From: Pecten maximus
Taxonomy: Eukaryota
Assembly (NCBI RefSeq): GCF_902652985.1
Contig: NC_047016.1
Coordinates: 8,184,001 to 8,248,000, forward strand
DNA: 64,000 nt
Reading direction: 5' to 3'
Position numbers and translations under genes: made by a program. The notes beneath the pieces are model-generated. The model saw only the letters and a list, made by a program, of their open reading frames with translations, ran no database searches and was not told where the DNA came from. Below are positions 63,733 through 64,000 of the stretch, piece by piece. The number at the start of each line of letters is the position of its first letter. Position 1 is the first letter of the stretch.

Positions 63733-63999
63733 TTATGTTTTCTGATCTGTGCAACCATCAGAGTCTGTCAAACTAACATCTGATAAAACCATGATGTCAT
63801 CACTTCCTGAGTTTGATCCATCTTTGTCTTCGTCTTTTCCTTCTATTTGAATTTCTTTTTGGTCTTCAGGTAGTATATTTTCATTGGCTATATCATGTGT
63901 CTCTTGACTCACAGCAGGGATTTCTTTACTATCATTTGTTAACAGGTCTACACTTTGTAAACTTTCACAGGATTGGTCAGTTCTTTCATCAGATTGTAA
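63733..63999 (-). CDS. 3' end (partial last exon) of an unidentified convergent gene; acidic disordered C-terminus
   Basis: Frame open from the window edge: LQSDERTDQSCESLQSVDLLTNDSKEIPAVSQETHDIANENILPEDQKEIQIEGKDEDKDGSNSGSDDIMVLSDVSLTDSDGCTDQKT*; coding-like composition; missed by the ORF track because its start is outside the window. Confidence 0.65.
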   Translation of the reverse strand, partial: LQSDERTDQSCESLQSVDLLTNDSKEIPAVSQETHDIANENILPEDQKEIQIEGKDEDKDGSNSGSDDIMVLSDVSLTDSDGCTDQKT

Positions 64000-64000
64000 T

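Overview
AT-rich, intron-rich animal genomic DNA; the repeat families suggest a bivalve mollusc (inference). Three complete spliced genes can be reconstructed by hand with consistent exon phases: ELAC1/RNase Z short form (+, 9 exons, 363 aa), KANSL2 (-, 8 coding exons, 562 aa) and cyclin T (+, 10 exons, 817 aa, head-to-head with KANSL2). The acidic 3' end of a fourth, convergent gene lies at the right edge. The main unannotated signal is a family of eight intronic box C/D snoRNA genes in two KANSL2 introns. Their guide is predicted to 2'-O-methylate the LSU rRNA adenosine in CUGACGUGC (yeast snR72/Am876-type site). Five copies were amplified by a ~1.15-kb tandem duplication that also copied the host 5' splice donor. 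Other notable features: 36 tandem copies of the ELAC1 exon-3 splice acceptor, minisatellites abutting four ELAC1 exon junctions, U12-type introns in both KANSL2 and cyclin T, nested Helentron-type (HINE) elements with a 4-mer higher-order satellite, and several MITEs/SINEs with intact target-site duplications. No database searches were run; family assignments and rRNA coordinates are from recall.
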